Assembly: GCA_013697735.1 (NCBI GenBank)
Contig: JACCWH010000050.1
Location: 62-64,061 of the forward strand
Origin: Trueperaceae bacterium
GTDB lineage: Bacteria > Deinococcota > Deinococci > Deinococcales > Trueperaceae
Direction: 5' to 3'
Length of the DNA: 64,000 nucleotides
The notes beneath the pieces are model-generated. The model made no database searches and was not told where the DNA came from. It worked only from the letters and a program-made list of their open reading frames with translations. This document shows, in pieces, positions 42,057-49,361 of this stretch; position 1 is the first letter of the stretch, and the number at the start of each line of letters is the position of its first letter. A program made the position numbers and the translations under genes.

Positions 42057-43666
42057 CCCGACGCTCCGGTGCGCCCGAGATCGTTCGCAAGATCCGCAAG
42101 AGCCACCACGGCGAGATCGTCATGCTCTCGACGCTAGAGCAAGCCTTCGTCGGCTGGGAGGACGAGAAGTCGACGCCCGAAAGCAGCCCCCACCACCCCG
42201 CGCGAGTGCTCTCAGCGAGCGAGATCGGCCAAGTCGACTTCCTCCGCCACTGGAAACCGCGGAACTTCCTCGCGAAGGTGATCGAGGAGCCCGTCGGTTT
42301 CCTCGGCCTCGCCCGCCCCCGCATCAACGTCGTGCGCCTACAGCCCGACGGCACACGCGTGCAACTCGACCCCGACCTCGGCGAAGACAAGGCGCTACAG
42401 ACGAAGGTCGAGGACTTCTACCAACGCAAGATCCGCCCCCGCCAAGCCGACATCGTGCTGTGGCAAGGCTGGTACGGCCGCAGCTTCATCAAAGTCGCGT
42501 ACGACCCCGGGGGATTCCCCTACCTCAACGCGGACGGTGAGGTCGCAGAGTTCGAGCGAACGCCCGGGATCCACGTGATCCCCTACCCCCGCTTCGAGGG
42601 CGGCACCGAACGCGCCGAAGCGTGGCATGACGGCGACGACCCCGACCTCATCACCGCCGCAGTCGTGTACTGGAACGAACGCGACGTCGAGGACCCCGAC
42701 GACACCGTCGAGACGCGGCACGCGCAACTCCTCTACCCCGACCGGATCGAGTGGCTCGTGCACACCGGCTCCGGCTGGGTGATCGACCCCACCCGCGGCG
42801 TGAGCGGCACCGGCATCGACCCGCACACGTGGGGCGTCGTGCCGCTCGTCGAGTGCTGGAACAACGGCAAGCCCGACGTGATCGACGCGCTCGACATCCA
42901 AGCGACGATCAACAAGGACGTGTACGACATGAACGCGCACGGCAACACCGTCGCCTTCCCCCAGCGTTACCGCAAGGGTTTGATCCCCGCGGGCGGCTGG
43001 CACCGCAATCCGATCACCGGCCAAGTCGAGGACGTCCGTCCACTCAAGAGCGGTCCCCACATCGTCTGGGACGTGCCTGACGGCGGCGACGTCGGGCAAC
43101 TCCCGAGCGACGCGGGCGAGTTCCTACTCGCGAAGTACAACGGCGACATCGAGGACCTCGCGACCCTCACGCGCTCCGTGGCGATCTCGAAGATGAAGCA
43201 ATCGAACGATACGAGCGGCGAGAGCAAGCACATGGACACCGCGCAGCTCCTCGGCCCACGCCTACAAGGCAAAGCCGAGGCCCTCGGGGCCGCCATCCGC
43301 AGCGTCTACCAGACCGCCTTCGCGATGGCGCGCAACGATAGGAACGTCGCCGCCATCCTCGACATGGAGGGCTTCGAGCAGCTCGACGTCGAGGTGATCT
43401 TCGAGCTGGACATCGACCGCGACAAGACCCGCGAAGCGCAGATGGATCAACTCGACCGCAACAGCGGCAACCTGAGCCTGCAGACGTACCTGATCCGCAG
43501 GGGCTTCACCGAGAGCGAAGCGAGCAAGGAGGTCGAGCGGATTCGCGACGAGCAGGCAGCCGCGCAAGAGATCAGCGAGGACGACGAAGCGCGCGCCGTC
43601 ACGGCCGCGAAGCGCGGCGCCAACGGTGCCATCGACAAGAGGGAGCCGAATGCCGAAGCTCGTTGA
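42053..43666 (+). CDS. portal protein
   Basis: 537 aa. ATGA overlap with terL. Size and position fit a portal. Acidic C-terminus. Confidence 0.75.
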   Translation: MTRRSGAPEIVRKIRKSHHGEIVMLSTLEQAFVGWEDEKSTPESSPHHPARVLSASEIGQVDFLRHWKPRNFLAKVIEEPVGFLGLARPRINVVRLQPDGTRVQLDPDLGEDKALQTKVEDFYQRKIRPRQADIVLWQGWYGRSFIKVAYDPGGFPYLNADGEVAEFERTPGIHVIPYPRFEGGTERAEAWHDGDDPDLITAAVVYWNERDVEDPDDTVETRHAQLLYPDRIEWLVHTGSGWVIDPTRGVSGTGIDPHTWGVVPLVECWNNGKPDVIDALDIQATINKDVYDMNAHGNTVAFPQRYRKGLIPAGGWHRNPITGQVEDVRPLKSGPHIVWDVPDGGDVGQLPSDAGEFLLAKYNGDIEDLATLTRSVAISKMKQSNDTSGESKHMDTAQLLGPRLQGKAEALGAAIRSVYQTAFAMARNDRNVAAILDMEGFEQLDVEVIFELDIDRDKTREAQMDQLDRNSGNLSLQTYLIRRGFTESEASKEVERIRDEQAAAQEISEDDEARAVTAAKRGANGAIDKREPNAEAR

Positions 43667-44051
43667 CGACCTCCACTACGCCGCCGCCCTCACGCTCACT
43701 CTCAAGATCCACGAGGAAGAGACGCACGCCTTCAAGGCTCGCCTCGCCGACCGCTCGGTCGCCCTCGTGTACGACGCCATGAGCGAGATGGGCGCCGAGT
43801 TCAACGAGGCGACGGTGCGCCGTCACCTCGCGAGGATGCCCGACGTGTACGTCGAGGAGTCGCTGCGCTACATCCGCCGCGTGCTCGTGCGCGTGGGCGA
43901 GGTCGAGTTGGCGAAGAAGCTCGAAGAGGCCGAGCGCGTGGTGGGGCTCGATGATCTGCCCGAGGCGTTCCGCGATGGGTACGACGAGATGTTGCGTGGT
44001 GGGCTGCTCGGTTCGCAAGAGGGCCCGGAGCCGCGAGTCGTCACGCAATAG
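43650..44051 (+). CDS. hypothetical protein
   Basis: 133 aa from ATG 43650 (GGGAG upstream); GTG 43626 is an alternative. Its last codons (VVTQ*) lie inside the left arm of cassette P6. Confidence 0.55.
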   Translation: MPKLVDDLHYAAALTLTLKIHEEETHAFKARLADRSVALVYDAMSEMGAEFNEATVRRHLARMPDVYVEESLRYIRRVLVRVGEVELAKKLEEAERVVGLDDLPEAFRDGYDEMLRGGLLGSQEGPEPRVVTQ

Positions 44052-44101
44052 GGTTGACATGCCGAGGGTTTAGGGTATAGGATGATCTCGGAGGAAACAC
44101 C
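44040..44101 (+). promoter_or_regulatory. cassette promoter P6
   Basis: TTGACA 44054-44059, 18-nt spacer, TAGGAT 44078-44083, GGAGGAAACACC, ATG 44102. Confidence 0.7.
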
Positions 44102-44335
44102 ATGCCACGCACCGAGACCGCCAACACCGACCGCCCCACCCTCGAAGCCCTCAAGGCCCGCATCGTCGCCCTCGGCGAAACCCCCAGCGGATGCTGGGAA
44201 GACGACCACCACGTCTACGCCTTCTCCGCTCGCGGCCTCGGCTCCGGCACGTACGGCCACCCCGCGCTCACGCTCCACTGGCAAGCAGCCGGGCGCTACT
44301 ACATCGAAACGATCACCCCCCGGAAGGGGCGGTGA
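44102..44335 (+). CDS. hypothetical early protein
   Basis: 77 aa, behind cassette promoter P6. Confidence 0.6.
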   Translation: MPRTETANTDRPTLEALKARIVALGETPSGCWEDDHHVYAFSARGLGSGTYGHPALTLHWQAAGRYYIETITPRKGR

Positions 44336-44631
44336 TCGCGGTGCTCCGCATGGCCATCGCCCGCATCGACATGCACCGAACCTTCGTCTTCGAGGTCGCC
44401 GACATCCGGGCGGCCTCACGCCACTACGCCGAACTGCGCGACTTCGGCGACTACACACCGAGCCAGATGGGCGACGGGATCATCTCCGATTCCGAGGGTG
44501 AGACGATCGCGGTCGTGACCTACAACGCTCGCGTCTGGGCGTACGACGCCGACGACGTCGAACGGCGCACCGCGCTGCTCTTCGATCCCGCCGCCCCCCT
44601 CACGCCGAAACCCGGCGAGGGGGGCTTCTGA
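44332..44631 (+). CDS. hypothetical protein
   Basis: 99 aa. GTGA overlap with the upstream gene. ATG 44350 is an alternative start. Confidence 0.5.
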   Translation: MIAVLRMAIARIDMHRTFVFEVADIRAASRHYAELRDFGDYTPSQMGDGIISDSEGETIAVVTYNARVWAYDADDVERRTALLFDPAAPLTPKPGEGGF

Positions 44632-44680
44632 TGGCTCTGTACGAATCCGCTGCAGTGACCGCTCGACCACAGGAGGATCC

Positions 44681-45430
44681 ATGCAAGACACCGCTACCAC
44701 CGCTACCATCGACTTCGACGCCCTCGACGCCATGTTCGACGACGGCATGGAGTACGCCCTAGCCGCTCACGATCGCCCCGACGCCGAGGAGTGGCCGAGC
44801 GCCCCCGGCTGGTCGAGCGAGGGCTTCGTGATCGACTCGCTCGACCTGGCCTCCTGGGCCAGCCGCCGGATCGACACCGCCGAGGAGATGAAGCTCGAAC
44901 AGACCGAGTGGCGCGCCCGCGAGATCGCCCGCATCGAGCACGCCTTCACGCGCAACGTCGCGCGCCACGCGGACACCATCGCCTTCCTCACGTCGAGCCT
45001 CGAAGTCTGGCACCGAGCACGCTACGCGCTCGACAAGAAGAAGACGATCGACCTCCCGGGTGGGCGCTTGCAGATCCGCAAGTCCGTGCAGACGATCCAG
45101 ATCCTCGACGAGGTCGCCGCGATCGCGGCCCTGAAAGCGGACGAGGCGACGCGCCCCATCGTGCGGGTCGAAGAGTCGATCATCATGAGCGCGCTGAAGG
45201 CGGCCCTGGCGCAGGGCGAGGCGGTCCTGGGCGAGGAGGGTGCCGAGAGCGAGACCCCGGGCATGGTGGCCCACCTGACCACCACCGGCGAGCGCGTCGA
45301 CTGGGCGATCTGGACGCCGCCGGGTGACTCGGTGAAGTTCGCGAGTGCCAGCGCGAAGGCCGCCAAGTCGAGCGCGAAGACCGCCAAGAAGGCCGCCAAG
45401 TCGGCGGGGGCCGACGATGAAGAGGCGTAG
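44681..45430 (+). CDS. Mu Gam-like host-nuclease inhibitor protein
   Basis: GGAGGA lies 3 nt upstream of the ATG. A coiled N-terminus (IDSLDLASWASRRIDTAEEMKLEQTEWRAREIARIEH...) is followed by KKTIDLPGGRLQIRK, typical of the Mu Gam-like family. Lys/Ala-rich tail. Confidence 0.6.
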   Translation: MQDTATTATIDFDALDAMFDDGMEYALAAHDRPDAEEWPSAPGWSSEGFVIDSLDLASWASRRIDTAEEMKLEQTEWRAREIARIEHAFTRNVARHADTIAFLTSSLEVWHRARYALDKKKTIDLPGGRLQIRKSVQTIQILDEVAAIAALKADEATRPIVRVEESIIMSALKAALAQGEAVLGEEGAESETPGMVAHLTTTGERVDWAIWTPPGDSVKFASASAKAAKSSAKTAKKAAKSAGADDEEA

Positions 45431-45572
45431 CCGCCTCCGGCGTAAGGCGACCTCCCTCCACGTCTACGTGCGTCCCTGGACGCACTCCGAGTGGGCGGGC
45501 GCGATTGTCGTCGCCCTCACCGCGCTGGGCGCGGTCGGCTACCTGATCTGGCATGTGGCGCGAAGCGGTTGA
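45417..45572 (+). CDS. small membrane protein (51 aa)
   Basis: Basic N-terminus followed by a TM helix (AGAIVVALTALGAVGYLIW). Its stop TGA lies inside the -35 TTGACA of cassette P7. Confidence 0.45.
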   Translation: MKRRSRLRRKATSLHVYVRPWTHSEWAGAIVVALTALGAVGYLIWHVARSG

Positions 45573-45616
45573 CACTCGCGAGGTTTAGGGTATAGGATGC
45601 GGGCGGAGGAAACACC
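45555..45616 (+). promoter_or_regulatory. cassette promoter P7
   Basis: TTGACA 45569-45574, 18-nt spacer, TAGGAT 45593-45598, GGAGGAAACACC, ATG 45617. Confidence 0.7.
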
Positions 45617-46168
45617 ATGACGAACGCTGCGCGCTACATCACCGGAACCGAGCAAGCGAAGATGATCCGCACCAGCCTGCGCGAGGCCTTCCCGGCCACC
45701 ACCTTCACCGTGCGCCAGTCGCGCGGCTCGGCGATCACCGTCGCCTGGGCCGACGGCCCGACCGTGAAGCAGGTCGACGCGCTCGTGCAGCGCTTCGCGG
45801 GCGGCGGCTTCGAGGCCTCCCTGGACCTCGGCTACAGCGTCCAGAGCTACGTCAAGGGCGAGCCCGTCCTCTTCGGCCAGCACTTCATCTTCGCCAACCG
45901 GCGCCTCTCCCTCGCCTTCGCATCGCGCTACCTCGCCCGCGCGAGCGCCTACTACGGTTTCAACGCCGACGCCTTCGCGCTCCGCGGTGACGGTGAGCGC
46001 GGCTACCGGATCGACGCGTCCGACACGAGGCTCGTCGGTTGGGATGCAATCGCGCTCGTCGCCAGGAAGGTCGACGCCTACTCGCACGAGGCCGCCAAGG
46101 ACTCTCCCACGGCTCGCCAGACCGGCACGCACGCGGAGGTCCCCTCGTACATCCAACGCGGCGAGTAG
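45617..46168 (+). CDS. LPD29-like protein (stand-alone large-polyvalent-protein-associated domain)
   Basis: TEQAKMIRTSLREAFPATTFTVRQSRGSAITVAWADGPTVKQVDALVQRF matches my memory of the LPD29 family pattern (TAKliR..Lk..FP..kFsVrs....sI.V.WtDGPt). Behind cassette promoter P7. Confidence 0.55.
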   Translation: MTNAARYITGTEQAKMIRTSLREAFPATTFTVRQSRGSAITVAWADGPTVKQVDALVQRFAGGGFEASLDLGYSVQSYVKGEPVLFGQHFIFANRRLSLAFASRYLARASAYYGFNADAFALRGDGERGYRIDASDTRLVGWDAIALVARKVDAYSHEAAKDSPTARQTGTHAEVPSYIQRGE

Positions 46169-46186
46169 GATCACCGCGGCTCGACC

Positions 46187-46206
46187 GGGCGCCCCACGGG
46201 GCGCCC
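46187..46206 (+). terminator. hairpin
   Basis: GGGCGCCCC AC GGGGCGCCC, between the stop at 46168 and cassette P8. Confidence 0.45.
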
Positions 46207-46213
46207 TACTCGT

Positions 46214-46275
46214 GTGCCGCGATACGGTTGACACGTGCGCAGTTTAGGGTATAGGATGATCTCGGAGGAAACACC
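46214..46275 (+). promoter_or_regulatory. cassette promoter P8
   Basis: TTGACA 46228-46233, 18-nt spacer, TAGGAT 46252-46257, GGAGGAAACACC, ATG 46276. Confidence 0.7.
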
Positions 46276-47085
46276 ATGACCCAGAACTACAACACCATCG
46301 CCCGCGTCCGCACCGGCTACCCCACCCGCGCCCCAGAGCCCAAGGACATCCTCGTGCGCATGAACGTCGACGGCACCGTCCACGAGGCCGGGCTCCTCGC
46401 GAGCCTGAAGCAGTATGGACTCCTCGGGGCCGACACCCGCGCGATCTACCTGGAGTCGTACGTCGACGGCGGCGCCCGCGACCACTTCGCGATCATGGAT
46501 GGCGGCAAGACGATCGGCTCGCTGCAGCTCCTCGGCGACGACGACAACACCCTCCACAATCGCGCCGCCGAGGGCGCCTGGCGGAACGTGATGGACGAGA
46601 AGGGCGACTCGGTCTACGAGGTCTGGTACACCACCGCCCCCGCCGCCTACGACTACAGCTACGTCCGCGCGAGCGACGCGACGCGCTTCGAGGCCACGAA
46701 AGAGGGCGCCGTGCTGCGCCGCGTCGAGATCCCCCGGGCCTCGGTGGCCTACCAGACCGCCCGCTACATGTCGGGGCTGCACATCGCCATCAACGAGGAG
46801 CAGGCCGAGCACGAGGCGCAACAGCGTTACGCCCTCGTGCGCTACGCTCGCGCCCACGTCGCGGGCGCCTACGAGGCCGGGATCTGGCTGGCGATCGTCG
46901 GCGATCGCCTCGTCGCCGATGTGCTGCGCCAGGCGCGGATCGACTCGGGCTGGAGACCCGGCGACGACCACCCAGCGCTCGCTACGATCGCCGTGGCGCT
47001 CCTCGACGGCTCCACGTCGCCCCTGGCGCGCCAGGTCGACCGCCTGGCGCTCCTGGGGGCTCTGACGCGCCACCTGAGCCGCTGA
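46276..47085 (+). CDS. hypothetical early protein
   Basis: 269 aa, behind cassette promoter P8. GC3-rich frame. Confidence 0.65.
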   Translation: MTQNYNTIARVRTGYPTRAPEPKDILVRMNVDGTVHEAGLLASLKQYGLLGADTRAIYLESYVDGGARDHFAIMDGGKTIGSLQLLGDDDNTLHNRAAEGAWRNVMDEKGDSVYEVWYTTAPAAYDYSYVRASDATRFEATKEGAVLRRVEIPRASVAYQTARYMSGLHIAINEEQAEHEAQQRYALVRYARAHVAGAYEAGIWLAIVGDRLVADVLRQARIDSGWRPGDDHPALATIAVALLDGSTSPLARQVDRLALLGALTRHLSR

Positions 47086-47106
47086 TCTCCCCCCACTCCC
47101 CCGGTC

Positions 47107-47169
47107 GTCCCGCAAAGCGGTTGACACCGGGGGAGTTTAGGGTATAGGCTTGCAATCGGAGGAAACACC
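47107..47169 (+). promoter_or_regulatory. cassette promoter P9
   Basis: TTGACA 47121-47126, 18-nt spacer, TAGGCT 47145-47150, GGAGGAAACACC, ATG 47170. Confidence 0.65.
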
Positions 47170-47979
47170 ATGACGAACACCGACAAAATCTTCGCCCCCA
47201 TCACCCTACCGATCACCCTCTCGGTCGGCCGAGCGCGCGCCTCCGCCATCGCCTGCTCCCTCGCCACCTACTCCGAAACCCTCACCGAGGCGGACGAGGC
47301 CTACCCGGTGCTCGCCATCGAGGAAGTGTTCCGCACGCTCTCCTGGCGCCTCCGCTCCCCCGCGGAGGTCTACCTGACCGGCCCCGAAGCCACCCTGATC
47401 GAGAAGGCCGTCGCCCACATCGTCTTCACCGTCGGCGGCACCATCGACGACACGCTGGTCCTGCGCGACCTCGGCAACGCCCACGAGGAGGCCAAAGCCG
47501 CGCAGGCGTCGACCTCGCTCGTCGCCCAGTTCAAGAGGGCACGCGACGACGCCCGCACGGCGTTCGGCGCCTCACGCGCTGGGCGCGCTGGGCGCGACGC
47601 CGCGGTTGCCAACTCCCGCCTCTTCCACGGCGCCACCGTCGACGACGCCACCACCGCCGTGATCGGGGCCATGAGCGCCGAAGACGACCGCGTCGGCCCC
47701 GGCGGCAACCGTTCCCACCACGTCTTGCACCGCCTCATACCCCTCATGTCGATCCTCTCAACCGTGCGCGACCTCGACTCGGACCTCTTCGTCGACGACA
47801 TTCGCGCCGCCCACCTCGTCCACTGGCACGGCAGCCTGTTTCAGCCCGAACACCTCGACGCCGCCCGCGCGATCGTCGCGAACGCGCGAGCGGACCAGGG
47901 CGCCGCCATCCTCTACGTCTACCGCGACGCGACCGGCGCCGCCTGGCGCTGCACGCACGAGCCCGTCACCACCCCCTGA
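47170..47979 (+). CDS. hypothetical early protein
   Basis: 269 aa, behind cassette promoter P9. Followed by a hairpin. Confidence 0.65.
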   Translation: MTNTDKIFAPITLPITLSVGRARASAIACSLATYSETLTEADEAYPVLAIEEVFRTLSWRLRSPAEVYLTGPEATLIEKAVAHIVFTVGGTIDDTLVLRDLGNAHEEAKAAQASTSLVAQFKRARDDARTAFGASRAGRAGRDAAVANSRLFHGATVDDATTAVIGAMSAEDDRVGPGGNRSHHVLHRLIPLMSILSTVRDLDSDLFVDDIRAAHLVHWHGSLFQPEHLDAARAIVANARADQGAAILYVYRDATGAAWRCTHEPVTTP

Positions 47980-47986
47980 CCCCCTC

Positions 47987-48004
47987 GGGCGCCCTCGGGC
48001 GCCC
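47987..48004 (+). terminator. hairpin
   Basis: GGGCGCC CTCG GGCGCCC after the stop at 47979. Confidence 0.45.
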
Positions 48005-48038
48005 CACCGCACTCCCCGTGCTGACGCCCTCAGCCTCG

Positions 48039-48067
48039 TTGACGATCCCGCCGCAGGCGCGTACCAT
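48039..48067 (+). promoter_or_regulatory. sigma-70-type promoter candidate (non-cassette)
   Basis: TTGACG 48039-48044, 17-nt spacer, TACCAT 48062-48067. It would give a ~125-nt leader upstream of ATG 48198. Confidence 0.4.
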
Positions 48068-48096
48068 CGACTCGGTCCTCCGAGACCCGTCGTTTG

Positions 48097-48177
48097 GTAG
48101 CGGCGTTACATACCGGATCAGGCCCCTCGTTTCCTCCAGAAGTCGGGGGCCTTATCCGTGGCACCGTAACGCGCTAC
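48097..48177 (+). promoter_or_regulatory. long imperfect hairpin in the 5' leader, with an anti-RBS sequence in the loop
   Basis: Nested stems are GTAGCG-GCGTTAC/GTAACGC-GCTAC, CGGAT/ATCCG and AGGCCCC/GGGGCCT. The apical loop carries TCCTCC (48132-48137), complementary to the RBS GGAGGA (48188-48193). Confidence 0.4.
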
Positions 48178-48197
48178 ACTCGCCGCCGGAGGATCGC

Positions 48198-48374
48198 ATG
48201 ACGAAGACACAAGCAGAACGAATCGAAGCCGATCAGGCGCGACGTGACGCCTACATCCAAGCCGCCCTCACTGGCCTCTTGGCCGGGAGGGAGGGCGATC
48301 TCCTCCTCGTCGACATCGGCGGGGACGCCGTCCAGTACGCCGAAGCCACCATGAAGGCCGCGGGCGAGTCCTGA
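48198..48374 (+). CDS. hypothetical small protein
   Basis: 58 aa from ATG 48198, with GGAGGA 4 nt upstream. Trimmed from track ORF 48018..48374. Confidence 0.5.
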   Translation: MTKTQAERIEADQARRDAYIQAALTGLLAGREGDLLLVDIGGDAVQYAEATMKAAGES

Positions 48375-49165
48375 TGGCGCACCAGCGCGGGCTCGCCTTC
48401 TTCGACGCTGGCCGCCGCGAGGATCACTTCCTCGACGCCAACTGGCCTGACAGGCCAATCGTCGCCTTCGACCTGGAGACCACCGGCGTCGACCCGCACG
48501 AAGCGCGCATCGTCACCTGGGCGTGGGCGGTCGTCCACCCCGACGGCGACGCTAACGCCGAGAGCGGCCTGGTGAAACCCGACGGCTTCGAGATCCCCGA
48601 GGGCGCCACCGCCGTGCACGGCATCAGCACCGAGGTGGCCCTCGCCGAGGGAAAGAGCCTCGCGCAGGCCCTCACCATCCTGAGCGCGAGGATCCACAAT
48701 GCCGCCATCACCGGAAAGCCGCTAGCGATCTTCAACGCGCCGTACGACATCACCGTCTTCGAGGCCGAACTGGCCCGCGTCGCCGGAGTGAGCGCGGGCG
48801 AGGTCGACCACACTGGCGACTACCCGCCGATCATCGACCCCCTCGTGCTCGACCGGCGCATCGAGAAGTACCGGAAGGGCAAGCGGCAGCTCGGCATCCT
48901 CGCCCCCACCTACGGCGTCGAGCTGGCCCCGGAAGAGGCGCACTCCGCCACCGCGGACGCCATCGCCGCCGGTCGCCTCGCGCTGGCGATGGCCGCGCAG
49001 CACCCGGATGCTCTGCGGATTCCAGCACTGCACCTGCACGAGCGCCAGGTGGCCTGGGCCGAAACGCAGACGACCGACTTCGAGGCCTACCTGCGCAGAT
49101 CGAAGAGCGACCCCACGATCACCCTCGGCCGCGGGTGGCCGCGCCAGCACCCGGTGAGCACGTGA
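48374..49165 (+). CDS. DEDDh 3'-5' exonuclease (DnaQ/epsilon-like)
   Basis: ExoI is FDLETTG, ExoII is FNAPYD and ExoIII is HSATADA. Confidence 0.85.
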   Translation: MAHQRGLAFFDAGRREDHFLDANWPDRPIVAFDLETTGVDPHEARIVTWAWAVVHPDGDANAESGLVKPDGFEIPEGATAVHGISTEVALAEGKSLAQALTILSARIHNAAITGKPLAIFNAPYDITVFEAELARVAGVSAGEVDHTGDYPPIIDPLVLDRRIEKYRKGKRQLGILAPTYGVELAPEEAHSATADAIAAGRLALAMAAQHPDALRIPALHLHERQVAWAETQTTDFEAYLRRSKSDPTITLGRGWPRQHPVST

Positions 49166-49308
49166 GCGCCTTCTGGCCCGCCCTCCTCGGCGGCTTCCTC
49201 GGGGCCACCCTCGGGCTCACCGTGATCATCTACCTCGCCGATCTGATGGACGCGTTCCGCCGAGGGCGACACAGCGCTCGCGTGCGCCGGGGTGGCTTGA
49301 AACCGTAG
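49162..49308 (+). CDS. small membrane protein (48 aa)
   Basis: GTGA overlap with the exonuclease gene. TM helix FWPALLGGFLGATLGLTVIIYL followed by a basic tail. Too short to appear in the ORF track. Confidence 0.4.
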   Translation: MSAFWPALLGGFLGATLGLTVIIYLADLMDAFRRGRHSARVRRGGLKP

Positions 49309-49361
49309 GGAGAGCGAGGCACCTCGCGCAACGCCCCGCCCAGGGCGTACCCTTCGGCCCG

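Noticed and set aside
48097-48177. Possible tRNA or tmRNA-like gene in the structured region
   Set aside because: It folds as one long nested hairpin rather than a cloverleaf. There is no T-loop (GTTCRANNC) motif and no CCA end.
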